Source: an uncultured Candidatus Saccharibacteria bacterium | GTDB taxonomy: Bacteria > Patescibacteriota > Minisyncoccia > Phycocordibacterales > PALSA-1337 | Assembly: GCA_964602725.1 (NCBI GenBank) | Contig: CAZRRZ010000006.1 | Coordinates: 1-34,578 of the forward strand | Length of the DNA stretch: 34,578 nt | Direction: 5' to 3' | Part shown: positions 9,274 through 15,898 of the stretch, piece by piece | Position numbering within the stretch: position 1 is the stretch's first letter | How the letters are laid out: every line of letters begins with the position of its first letter | Position numbers and translations under genes: made by a program | The notes under the pieces: model-generated | Databases searched by the model: none | Told to the model about the DNA's origin: nothing | Seen by the model: the letters and a program-made list of their open reading frames with translations, nothing else

Positions 9274-9354
9274 ATGGCAAAGAAAAAGAGAAAAGTCGCC
9301 AAGAAGAAAGGTTCTTCAAAAAAGAAGAAAGCTGGCAAAAAGAAACGCCGCTAA
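9274..9354 (+). CDS. Candidate micro-protein, 26 aa, about 70% Lys/Arg (MAKKKRKVAKKKGSSKKKKAGKKKRR)
   Basis: ATG..TAA ORF too short for the supplied track. A strong intrinsic terminator follows directly at 9365-9395. Confidence 0.4.
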   Translation: MAKKKRKVAKKKGSSKKKKAGKKKRR

Positions 9355-9364
9355 CGCATCGTTC

Positions 9365-9395
9365 AAAAAATACACGCACAGGGCGTGTATTTTTT
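9365..9395 (+). terminator. Intrinsic terminator
   Basis: AAAAAATACACGC - acagg - GCGTGTATTTTTT gives a perfect 7-bp GC-containing stem, extended by A/T pairs and followed by a T-run. Confidence 0.8.
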
Positions 9396-9450
9396 GCTGC
9401 TGGTTTTTGTCGCTGGCAATTTTATGTGAATACGCTATACTGTTTCTACT

Positions 9451-9555
9451 ATGGCAAAAAGAGCATCGGTTCAAAAGAAATCATCACGCTCACGCAAGAC
9501 GGCAAAGCGTCTTGCCACAAAGCGTACTCGTTTGGCACAACGTCGCGGGTACTAG
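9451..9555 (+). CDS. Candidate micro-protein, 34 aa, highly basic (MAKRASVQKKSSRSRKTAKRLATKRTRLAQRRGY)
   Basis: ATG..TAG ORF. A TATACT -10 element at 9436-9441 lies 9 nt upstream of the ATG, and a terminator hairpin follows at 9581-9608. Confidence 0.45.
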   Translation: MAKRASVQKKSSRSRKTAKRLATKRTRLAQRRGY

Positions 9556-9580
9556 CTGGAAGAGATGTGATATACCAGGC

Positions 9581-9608
9581 AAAAAACACGCTTCCGCGTG
9601 CATTTTTT
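9581..9608. terminator. Bidirectional intrinsic terminator between convergent small genes
   Basis: AAAAAACACGC - ttcc - GCGTGcaTTTTTT. There is an A-run on one side and a T-run on the other. It lies between the stops at 9555 (+) and 9610 (-). Confidence 0.65.
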
Positions 9609-9609
9609 G

Positions 9610-9777
9610 TTACCAACTGGCAATTTTTGCTCCCAGATATATACCGAGAAGTCCACCGACAGTGGTGCCAATAATGCCCGACATGGACAACGTGGGAGCA
9701 CCCCACAACGTTGGTATATATCCGCCAACAAATCCGCCTATGAGTACACCAATCCATATAAGATGTCTTGTGTCCAT
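9610..9777 (-). CDS. Small Gly-rich two-helix membrane protein, 55 aa (glycine-zipper-like)
   Basis: Translated by hand from the minus strand: MDTRHLIWIGVLIGGFVGGYIPTLWGAPTLSMSGIIGTTVGGLLGIYLGAKIASW. It has two hydrophobic GxxxG-rich segments and ends at the bidirectional terminator. It is below the length cut-off of the ORF track. Confidence 0.6.
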   Translation of the reverse strand: MDTRHLIWIGVLIGGFVGGYIPTLWGAPTLSMSGIIGTTVGGLLGIYLGAKIASW

Positions 9778-9795
9778 TACTGACTAGTATACAAT

Positions 9796-10350
9796 ATGTC
9801 CATGGGAAACCTGTCCACAGCAGTCTTCGCAAATGGGTGCTTCTGGTGTACTGAAGCAGTTTTCTCGTCATTGAAAGGAGTGTACTCTGTGGTTTCAGGT
9901 TATGCTGGTGGGACTGATGAAAACCCGACCTACGAACGCGTTCATGATGGTGGTACTGGTCATGCTGAGTCTATCAAGATCGAGTATGATCCGACTGTCA
10001 TCTCGTATGATGACCTCCTCAATGTGTTTTTCAATACACATGATCCGACGACCTTGAACAGGCAAGGCAATGATGTGGGAACTGAGTACCGTTCAGCTAT
10101 TTTTTATTTGAATACAGAACAGCAAGAAAAAGCGAAGGCTTTGATAGGAGAGCTCGATTCTTCAAAAGCGTACGACAATCCAGTGGTGACCGAGGTGAAA
10201 CCGCTCGATGCCTTTTATCCCGCCGAATCATATCAGCAGGAATATTATAAAAATCATTCGGATCAGCCGTATTGTCAGATTGTCATTGCTCCCAAGTTGG
10301 AGAAATTGCAAAAGCGGTTTGCGGAGTTGTTGAAGGTGACGAATAGTTGA
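9796..10350 (+). CDS. msrA: Peptide-methionine (S)-S-oxide reductase
   Basis: 184 aa. Catalytic motif GCFWCTEAVF, plus GHAESIKIEYDP and NRQGNDVGTEYRSAIFY. Confidence 0.95.
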   Translation: MSMGNLSTAVFANGCFWCTEAVFSSLKGVYSVVSGYAGGTDENPTYERVHDGGTGHAESIKIEYDPTVISYDDLLNVFFNTHDPTTLNRQGNDVGTEYRSAIFYLNTEQQEKAKALIGELDSSKAYDNPVVTEVKPLDAFYPAESYQQEYYKNHSDQPYCQIVIAPKLEKLQKRFAELLKVTNS

Positions 10351-10351
10351 T

Positions 10352-10690
10352 TCACTGTTTGCTGGCTTTGTAGATTGTATGACTGATCCAGCGCCACTTC
10401 TTTTTTAGTTCAGCAAGATAGCTCTGTCCTATTTTTGTGAGAAAGTAACATTTTCGGGCCGGGCCAACATCCATCTCTTCGTACGATAGGTCAATGACGG
10501 ATTTTTTCTTGAGGCCAGCAAGTAAAGGGTACAGAGTGCTTGGGGAGGTTGGAAAATCCAATGCCTCTAGGCGTGCCAGAATGCGCGCGCCGGGAGCCGG
10601 ATGTACTTCTATAAGAGTAAGAACACAGAGTTCGAGAAAAAACTGATTGTTTGCATGCTTTGTAGGTGTTGATTTTGCGTTTGATGTCAT
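10352..10690 (-). CDS. PadR-family transcriptional regulator
   Basis: The winged-helix PadR pattern (PSTLYPLLAGLKKKSVID...ARKCYFLTKIGQSYL) starts at the internal Met (MTSNAKS...). The 57-codon GTG-initiated Pro-rich extension up to 10861 runs through a C-rich non-coding tract and is rejected. Confidence 0.8.
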   Translation of the reverse strand: MTSNAKSTPTKHANNQFFLELCVLTLIEVHPAPGARILARLEALDFPTSPSTLYPLLAGLKKKSVIDLSYEEMDVGPARKCYFLTKIGQSYLAELKKKWRWISHTIYKASKQ

Positions 10691-10799
10691 GATGGTTTTG
10701 GGTGTTTTTGGGAAATAATGGTTACAAATAGGAAGGCGATAGTGAAATAATAAGGTGGCAAAAATCGCCCTGAAAACGGACGGGAATTGGGTGGCGCGA

Positions 10800-10841
10800 G
10801 GGGGGTAGAGGTGGGGCGGGGTCGGGCGGGGTGGGTGGGGG
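10800..10841 (+). repeat. G-run tract with strong G-quadruplex potential (C-rich on the padR-sense strand)
   Basis: GGGGGGtagaggtGGGGcGGGGtcGGGcGGGGtGGGtGGGGG has seven runs of at least 3 G. Six of them are separated by 1-2 nt loops. The surrounding genome is otherwise only about 47% GC. Confidence 0.7.
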
Positions 10842-11110
10842 ACACCTTCCCAAATCACCACAACATAAATCTTATAAACCCAAGACTTCTATTGAAAAAT
10901 CTTTTTTCAGGCCTGTATAGCGTAGGCTATTTTAACAAATCTTACAAAGATAAGATATTTTAAGGCCTCATTTTGGAGAGGGTCCACAGTACCCCTCCAC
11001 CACTTACTTCTTTCTCTTTACGCCCCTCATTATTTCCAGGCCTTACCCCACACTCCACTTCTATTTGTAGTATACTCAATGTGTCTCATTTTTAAACATA
11101 CTACATCTCA

Positions 11111-11488
11111 ATGAACGAAGAAGATATCAAAAAGAAGCTAACACCCGAAGAATATCAAGTACTCCGTCAAAAGGGTACCGAAGCGCCTTTTTCGGGGCAG
11201 CTTCTACACGACATACGTGACGGGATGTATACCTGCAAGGTTTGTGGCAGTAAGCTTTTTTCCTCTGACACCAAGTTTGAGAGCGGTACAGGTTGGCCAT
11301 CGTTTGATCAAGCATTACCGGGTGCAGTCAAAGAAATTGTGGACTCTGCGCATGGCATGCTTCGTACTGAAATAACCTGCACCACATGTAATTCGCACCT
11401 CGGGCACGTCTTCAATGATGGTCCGACAAAAACTGGTATGAGGTATTGCCTCAATTCAGTGTGCCTAGATTTGGAGGAGGGGAAATGA
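11111..11488 (+). CDS. msrB: Peptide-methionine (R)-S-oxide reductase
   Basis: 125 aa. Zn-binding CxxC pairs (CKVCGSKLF, CTTCNSHLGHVF) and the catalytic RYCLNS. Confidence 0.95.
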   Translation: MNEEDIKKKLTPEEYQVLRQKGTEAPFSGQLLHDIRDGMYTCKVCGSKLFSSDTKFESGTGWPSFDQALPGAVKEIVDSAHGMLRTEITCTTCNSHLGHVFNDGPTKTGMRYCLNSVCLDLEEGK

Positions 11489-11490
11489 CA

Positions 11491-11529
11491 GCGCCGCCTC
11501 ACTAGGAGGACGAACTGCGCGGCTTTTTT
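11491..11529 (+). terminator. Probable intrinsic terminator of msrB
   Basis: GC-rich imperfect hairpin (GCCGC...GCGGC with an inner CCTC/GAGG) followed by TTTTTT. Confidence 0.5.
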
Positions 11530-11532
11530 ATA

Positions 11533-12948
11533 CTATTTCTTTTTGCTTACCTCTATCCCGAGCTCCTTCAATTGTTTTGGAGCGACTTCTGAAGGTGCAC
11601 CCATCATAAGATCTTTACCTTCGCCAGTTTTTGCAAAAGCTATAACTTCGCGAATGTTCGGTTCATTTTGCAGGATCATAACGATACGATCGATACCAGG
11701 GGCAAAGCCGCCATGGGGAGGAGTGCCATACTTGAAAGCTTCGAGCATGTGACCGAATTTTGATTGCTGATCCTCGGCAGAAATACCCAAATACTCAAAC
11801 ACCTTCTGTTGCATGTCAGCTTTGTGAATACGAATACTGCCTGAACTGAGTTCATATCCGTTCAATACAAGATCATAGGAGTTCGCTCGTACAGACAACA
11901 GATCTGTTCCTGACATGAATTTCTCAACGTCTTCTTCTTTGATGGAACAAAATGGATGATGTGCCGCTGACAATGTCCCGTCATCATTTTTCTCAAACAT
12001 AGGGAAGTCGGTAATCCAGGCAAATGCAAGCTCGTTTTTATCATTTTTATCCTTTCGCATATCCGGTTTGTCAGAACCATATGTTTCGAGGCATTCCTTG
12101 TACGTCAGTCGTGGAAATGGTGTCTGGCTAATATGTTTTTCTGGGTAAAGGGTCTTCACCAATTCTATGAACATGCCCTCTGTGTACGTCAAAACTTCTT
12201 CTTGCGTGGTAAATGACATCTCGTAATCAAGCTGGGTGAACTCAGGCTGGCGGTCGCCGCGCGTATCCTCATCGCGAAAACATCGGGCTATCTGAAAATA
12301 TTTTTCGAATCCGGCAACCATGGAGAGCTGCTTGAATTGCTGGGGGGACTGGGGAAGTACGTAGAATTTGCCATTTTCTAGGCGAGATGGAACTACATAT
12401 TCGCGAGACCCTTCGGGAGTACCTTTCATCATAATAGGCGTTTCAATCTCCACGAAGTCATTCTTGTGCATGTAGTCGCGGAAGAATGAGATGATCTTGT
12501 CGCGATTGCGGATATTCTTTTGCATGCGGGGTCGGCGCAGATCCAAGTATCGATATTTGAAACGAACATCCTCACTGATATCCAGTCCTTCACCACGCAC
12601 ATCAAAAGGGGGCGTCTCCGCTTCATTCAAGATCTCCAACTTTTTGAGTTCCAACTCAATGTCGCCATTCGGCTCAATTTCACCCGTCTCCTTGTTCTTC
12701 GAAATCATTTTTTCTGGGCGCTTGTTGACCATGCCGGTAGCGCGCACCACCCATTCAGAACGGACTTTGTTGGCGACCTCATGCGCCTCTTTGTTGTTCG
12801 GAAGTGCAACAGATTGGACCTTTCCTGTCATGTCACGAAAATCGATGAAAATGAGCTTCCCATGATCTCGACGGATATCTACCCAGCCAGAGATGGAAAC
12901 TTCGGTACCAATAAAGCCTTTTAAATCACGAATGTAGGTGCGTTTCAT
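11533..12948 (-). CDS. aspS: Aspartate--tRNA ligase, bacterial-type sequence lacking the GAD insertion domain
   Basis: 471 aa. N-terminal OB fold, motif 2 region QSPQQFKQLSMVAGFEKYFQIARCFRDEDTRGDRQPEFTQLD, HHPF and motif 3 GFAPGIDRIVM. YGSDKPDMRKDKNDKNELAFAWITDFPMFE joins directly where E. coli AspRS carries about 130 aa of GAD domain. Confidence 0.93.
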   Translation of the reverse strand: MKRTYIRDLKGFIGTEVSISGWVDIRRDHGKLIFIDFRDMTGKVQSVALPNNKEAHEVANKVRSEWVVRATGMVNKRPEKMISKNKETGEIEPNGDIELELKKLEILNEAETPPFDVRGEGLDISEDVRFKYRYLDLRRPRMQKNIRNRDKIISFFRDYMHKNDFVEIETPIMMKGTPEGSREYVVPSRLENGKFYVLPQSPQQFKQLSMVAGFEKYFQIARCFRDEDTRGDRQPEFTQLDYEMSFTTQEEVLTYTEGMFIELVKTLYPEKHISQTPFPRLTYKECLETYGSDKPDMRKDKNDKNELAFAWITDFPMFEKNDDGTLSAAHHPFCSIKEEDVEKFMSGTDLLSVRANSYDLVLNGYELSSGSIRIHKADMQQKVFEYLGISAEDQQSKFGHMLEAFKYGTPPHGGFAPGIDRIVMILQNEPNIREVIAFAKTGEGKDLMMGAPSEVAPKQLKELGIEVSKKK

Positions 12949-12957
12949 AGTGTGTAA

Positions 12958-12966
12958 ACTATATCA
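12958..12966 (-). promoter_or_regulatory. Extended -10 promoter (TGaTATAGT on the minus strand) 9 nt upstream of the aspS ATG
   Basis: The reverse complement of actatatca is TGATATAGT. No SD sequence lies between it and the start at 12948. Confidence 0.45.
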
Positions 12967-13004
12967 TATTTCGCGCGACGCGCTACTTTTTGAACGGCAT
13001 CCTG

Positions 13005-13013
13005 TGATAGAAT
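13005..13013 (+). promoter_or_regulatory. Extended -10 promoter (TGaTAGAAT) 9 nt upstream of the ATG at 13023
   Basis: TGATAGAAT, then atcatacat, then ATG. No SD sequence. Confidence 0.45.
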
Positions 13014-13022
13014 ATCATACAT

Positions 13023-13457
13023 ATGAAAGCCAACAATTTTCTTCTACTACTAGTTGTTATTCTGGTGGCCCTGAGCCTCTTTTGGTATTTTGATAACCAA
13101 GCGTCTAGCAAACCAGGTATCCCTGATCTGGTCACTATAGATTACCCGCGTGAGGGGGCAGTTATAACGTCTCCGCTTACCGTGAGAGGTGAAGCGCGTG
13201 GAACTTGGTTTTTCGAAGCCAGTGCGCCGATGGTGTTGACCGATGGTGATGGCTTGATCATCGCCGAGAGTCATGTCCAGGCACAAGGTGAGTGGATGAC
13301 CGAAAACTTCGTTCCTTTTGAGGGAAAACTCACATTCACAAAGCCTGCAAATGCAGCTGCATTTGGAAACAGAGGTACCCTCATACTTAAAAACGACAAC
13401 CCCTCCGGTGATCCGAGTCGTGACAAGGCAGTCGAAATACCCGTGTCGTTCAAATAA
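13023..13457 (+). CDS. Secreted or membrane-anchored Gmad2 immunoglobulin-like domain protein
   Basis: 144 aa. N-terminal hydrophobic anchor, then ITSPLTVRGEARGTWFFEASAPMVLTDGDG...WMTENFVPFEGKLTF, the pattern I associate with the Gmad2 Ig-like domain. Confidence 0.75.
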   Translation: MKANNFLLLLVVILVALSLFWYFDNQASSKPGIPDLVTIDYPREGAVITSPLTVRGEARGTWFFEASAPMVLTDGDGLIIAESHVQAQGEWMTENFVPFEGKLTFTKPANAAAFGNRGTLILKNDNPSGDPSRDKAVEIPVSFK

Positions 13458-13500
13458 GTTTTTTTGTTGTCAAAATATGTTATAGTCACCTCCTATAATC

Positions 13501-14517
13501 ATGACTACCACCGCATCACTTCTCATACAAGAAAAGGCACCCCTTGTTCTTGCTGAAATACAAAAGGCACAATCTGTTTTGTTGCATTGTCATCCAAATC
13601 CAGATCCCGACAGTGTTGGTTCAGTTCTGGCAATGAAGTTTGCAGTCGAGCAGCTAGGTAAGAAGGCCACCGTTATTAAAGGAGACTCGGATATTCCTCA
13701 GGCTTTCATGCATTTTCCCGGGGCCAAGGATATAGTGATGAAGAGTTATTGGGAAATAAATCCGGCTGAATTTGACCTGTTCATTATGTTGGACTCATCT
13801 ATCAGTGGAGTCTCACGTATCAAACCAGTAGAGTTGCCCTCATCTATGAGAGTCATCAACATTGACCATCATCAGACCAACACGGGCGCTGGGTCCATCA
13901 ACATTATCGATCCTTCATATCCAGCCACTGGCCAACTACTTTTTGATATATTACAAGAGATGAAGGTCACTATAACGCCTGACATTGCTGCCAATTTATT
14001 TATGGGAATATACACAGATACGGGTGGTTTCAAATACAGAGGAGCGACAGCTGCAACCTTCGAAGTGGCGGCAGAACTGGTCCGTATTTATCCTGATTTT
14101 AGTCGTGTCATTTCAGACATGGAGAACAGCAATACCCTCCATGACATGGCGTTTAGTGGTGTGGCCCTGAGTTCGCTACAAACAGTGTGCGACGACAAGG
14201 TACTGCTTTCCGTGGTCCCGTATTCATTGATACAGGAAAAAAATATTCCAGATGTAAGCGTTTCGGCTGGTATGGTGTCTTCTACTCTTCGGACTGTTGG
14301 CGCATACAAGCTTGTCGGTGCACTTATCGAGGTGGCGCCACATAAAGTCAAAGTAAGTTTCCGTTCATGTAATACTGACAGTTATGATGTTTCGAAGCTC
14401 GCCGCTTCTTTAGGAGGAGGAGGACACAAGGCTGCTGCTGGAGCGACGGTGGACCTGCCCATTGAAGAGGCAAAAAAACTAGTGGTCTCAAAAATAAAAG
14501 AGCTGTATAATCTTTGA
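13501..14517 (+). CDS. DHH-family phosphoesterase (NrnA-like oligoribonuclease / pAp phosphatase)
   Basis: 338 aa. DHH motifs HCHPNPDPDSVGS, MLD and DHHQTN, plus the DHHA1 motif GGGGHKAAAG. Confidence 0.9.
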   Translation: MTTTASLLIQEKAPLVLAEIQKAQSVLLHCHPNPDPDSVGSVLAMKFAVEQLGKKATVIKGDSDIPQAFMHFPGAKDIVMKSYWEINPAEFDLFIMLDSSISGVSRIKPVELPSSMRVINIDHHQTNTGAGSINIIDPSYPATGQLLFDILQEMKVTITPDIAANLFMGIYTDTGGFKYRGATAATFEVAAELVRIYPDFSRVISDMENSNTLHDMAFSGVALSSLQTVCDDKVLLSVVPYSLIQEKNIPDVSVSAGMVSSTLRTVGAYKLVGALIEVAPHKVKVSFRSCNTDSYDVSKLAASLGGGGHKAAAGATVDLPIEEAKKLVVSKIKELYNL

Positions 14518-14529
14518 ACATTTATTCAG

Positions 14530-14535
14530 TAATAT
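14530..14535 (+). promoter_or_regulatory. -10 element (TAATAT) 7 nt upstream of the ATG at 14543
   Basis: TAATAT, then atttcgt, then ATG. No SD sequence. Confidence 0.4.
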
Positions 14536-14542
14536 ATTTCGT

Positions 14543-15241
14543 ATGGAAAATCCCCAGACAAAAAAATTTCCTTGGCTCATTGTTATTATAGTTGTGCTTG
14601 CTGTCCTCGCTCTGCTTCAGTGGTGGCAGACCAGCTCTCCGGCAGAAGTGGAGGTGGACGCATATTCCCAAGCAAATACTACTCCTCAGACGCCGGCCCC
14701 CGTCCCCACCGCACCTACTAACCTATCTACTTCTTCTAATAAAAATTTCATGCATACCATCACACTTGAAACTACCAAAGGCACCATTGTTATCGAGACC
14801 TATGACGCGGATGCCCCAAAGACCGTGGAGAATTTTATCACTCTTACCAGCAAAGGATTTTATGAAAACCTCATCTTTCATCGTGTCATCAAGGATTTCA
14901 TGATCCAAGGAGGTGACCCTACAGGTACTGGTACGGGCGGCCCTGGGTACAAGTTTGCAGATGAGCTCAATCCGACGACCGAATCCTACAAAGCAGGATA
15001 CGTCCGCGGTACTGTCGCTATGGCAAATTCAGGCCCGAATACCAATGGCAGCCAATTCTTTATTATGCACAAAGATGTCCCGCTTCCGAACAGCTACACG
15101 ATATTTGGTCGAGTTATAAAAGGCATTGAAGTTGTTGATGCCATAGCAGCAACAGAAACAAATGGTAATCCGCCGGCCGGAAGCAACAAGCCACTTACGG
15201 ATATGGTTATAAAAAAGGCGACTGTTGCCGAAAAGAAATAG
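14543..15241 (+). CDS. Cyclophilin-type peptidyl-prolyl cis-trans isomerase with an N-terminal membrane anchor
   Basis: 232 aa. TM segment, Pro/Thr-rich linker, then FHRVIKDFMIQGGDP and GTVAMANSGPNTNGSQFFI. Confidence 0.93.
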   Translation: MENPQTKKFPWLIVIIVVLAVLALLQWWQTSSPAEVEVDAYSQANTTPQTPAPVPTAPTNLSTSSNKNFMHTITLETTKGTIVIETYDADAPKTVENFITLTSKGFYENLIFHRVIKDFMIQGGDPTGTGTGGPGYKFADELNPTTESYKAGYVRGTVAMANSGPNTNGSQFFIMHKDVPLPNSYTIFGRVIKGIEVVDAIAATETNGNPPAGSNKPLTDMVIKKATVAEKK

Positions 15242-15451
15242 ATAACGTGACGCCATCTGAATACAAATTATGATCCAAGGATACCCTGTCATCGAGTGGT
15301 TCGGAGCGACGGGAACGCGGGAGGATATAATAGGGGAAGAAAAAATAAGATGGAAATACTGAAGAAGGAAGGTGCGTTCAAGATTGACTAGTCATGAGTT
15401 AAGGGGTAGATTAATTTTTGGAGCACTACTCCAGAAGGAGGTACTTACTAA

Positions 15452-15778
15452 ATGATTCTTTTGCCTAGGGGTCAATCTGAAATGATGTTTGACCTCGTTG
15501 ATCTGCTTCAGGTCCATCACAAGGGTGCCAATTTCAGTCAGTGGGTCCTCGGTTTTTCCCGCCAGGGATTGACCTATAGGGAGGGAATATATTTACCGGC
15601 AGGACTCGTTTTCCCTGAACCTCATGGAGGAAACCTCATCGTGAGGTCAACTTATTCGATACCGAGATTTGAACATTTTCTACAATTGGTACGCACTTCA
15701 TTTCCGGGAATATCGTTTCAATCAATACTTGTTACCATGTGTACTTGGGAGGACGTCTTGATAGTTAGTCCACAGTAA
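15452..15778 (+). CDS. Hypothetical protein (108 aa), orphan
   Basis: This ORF has the strongest SD in the window (AGGAGG, 10 nt before the ATG). It has a clean terminator at 15807-15835. No recognisable motif. Confidence 0.6.
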   Translation: MILLPRGQSEMMFDLVDLLQVHHKGANFSQWVLGFSRQGLTYREGIYLPAGLVFPEPHGGNLIVRSTYSIPRFEHFLQLVRTSFPGISFQSILVTMCTWEDVLIVSPQ

Positions 15779-15806
15779 CGTTCGTCTCTACACAAACATG
15801 TTACGT

Positions 15807-15835
15807 GCCGTGGAAGATTCCGCGGCTTTTTATTT
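15807..15835 (+). terminator. Intrinsic terminator
   Basis: GCCGTGGA - agat - TCCGCGGC forms an 8-bp stem with one G-U pair, followed by TTTTTATTT. Confidence 0.8.
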
Positions 15836-15898
15836 AAACAATATGCACTTCAAATCGGCGGATTTGCCTACTAGGCTACTGCACTGTACACTTCATCC

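Noticed and set aside
9143-9871. Long overlapping ORFs (214 aa +, 148 aa +, 140 aa -, 61 aa +) across the region between the sigma gene and msrA
   Set aside because: They run through two intrinsic terminators and have low-complexity, implausible sequences. The region is better explained by three small genes (9274-9354, 9451-9555 and 9610-9777) plus promoters.
10691-10861. N-terminal 57-codon Pro-rich extension of the PadR ORF (GTG start at 10861)
   Set aside because: The translation is only a read-out of the C-rich strand of the G-run tract. PadR homology begins at the internal Met (10690), and PadR proteins are about 110 aa.
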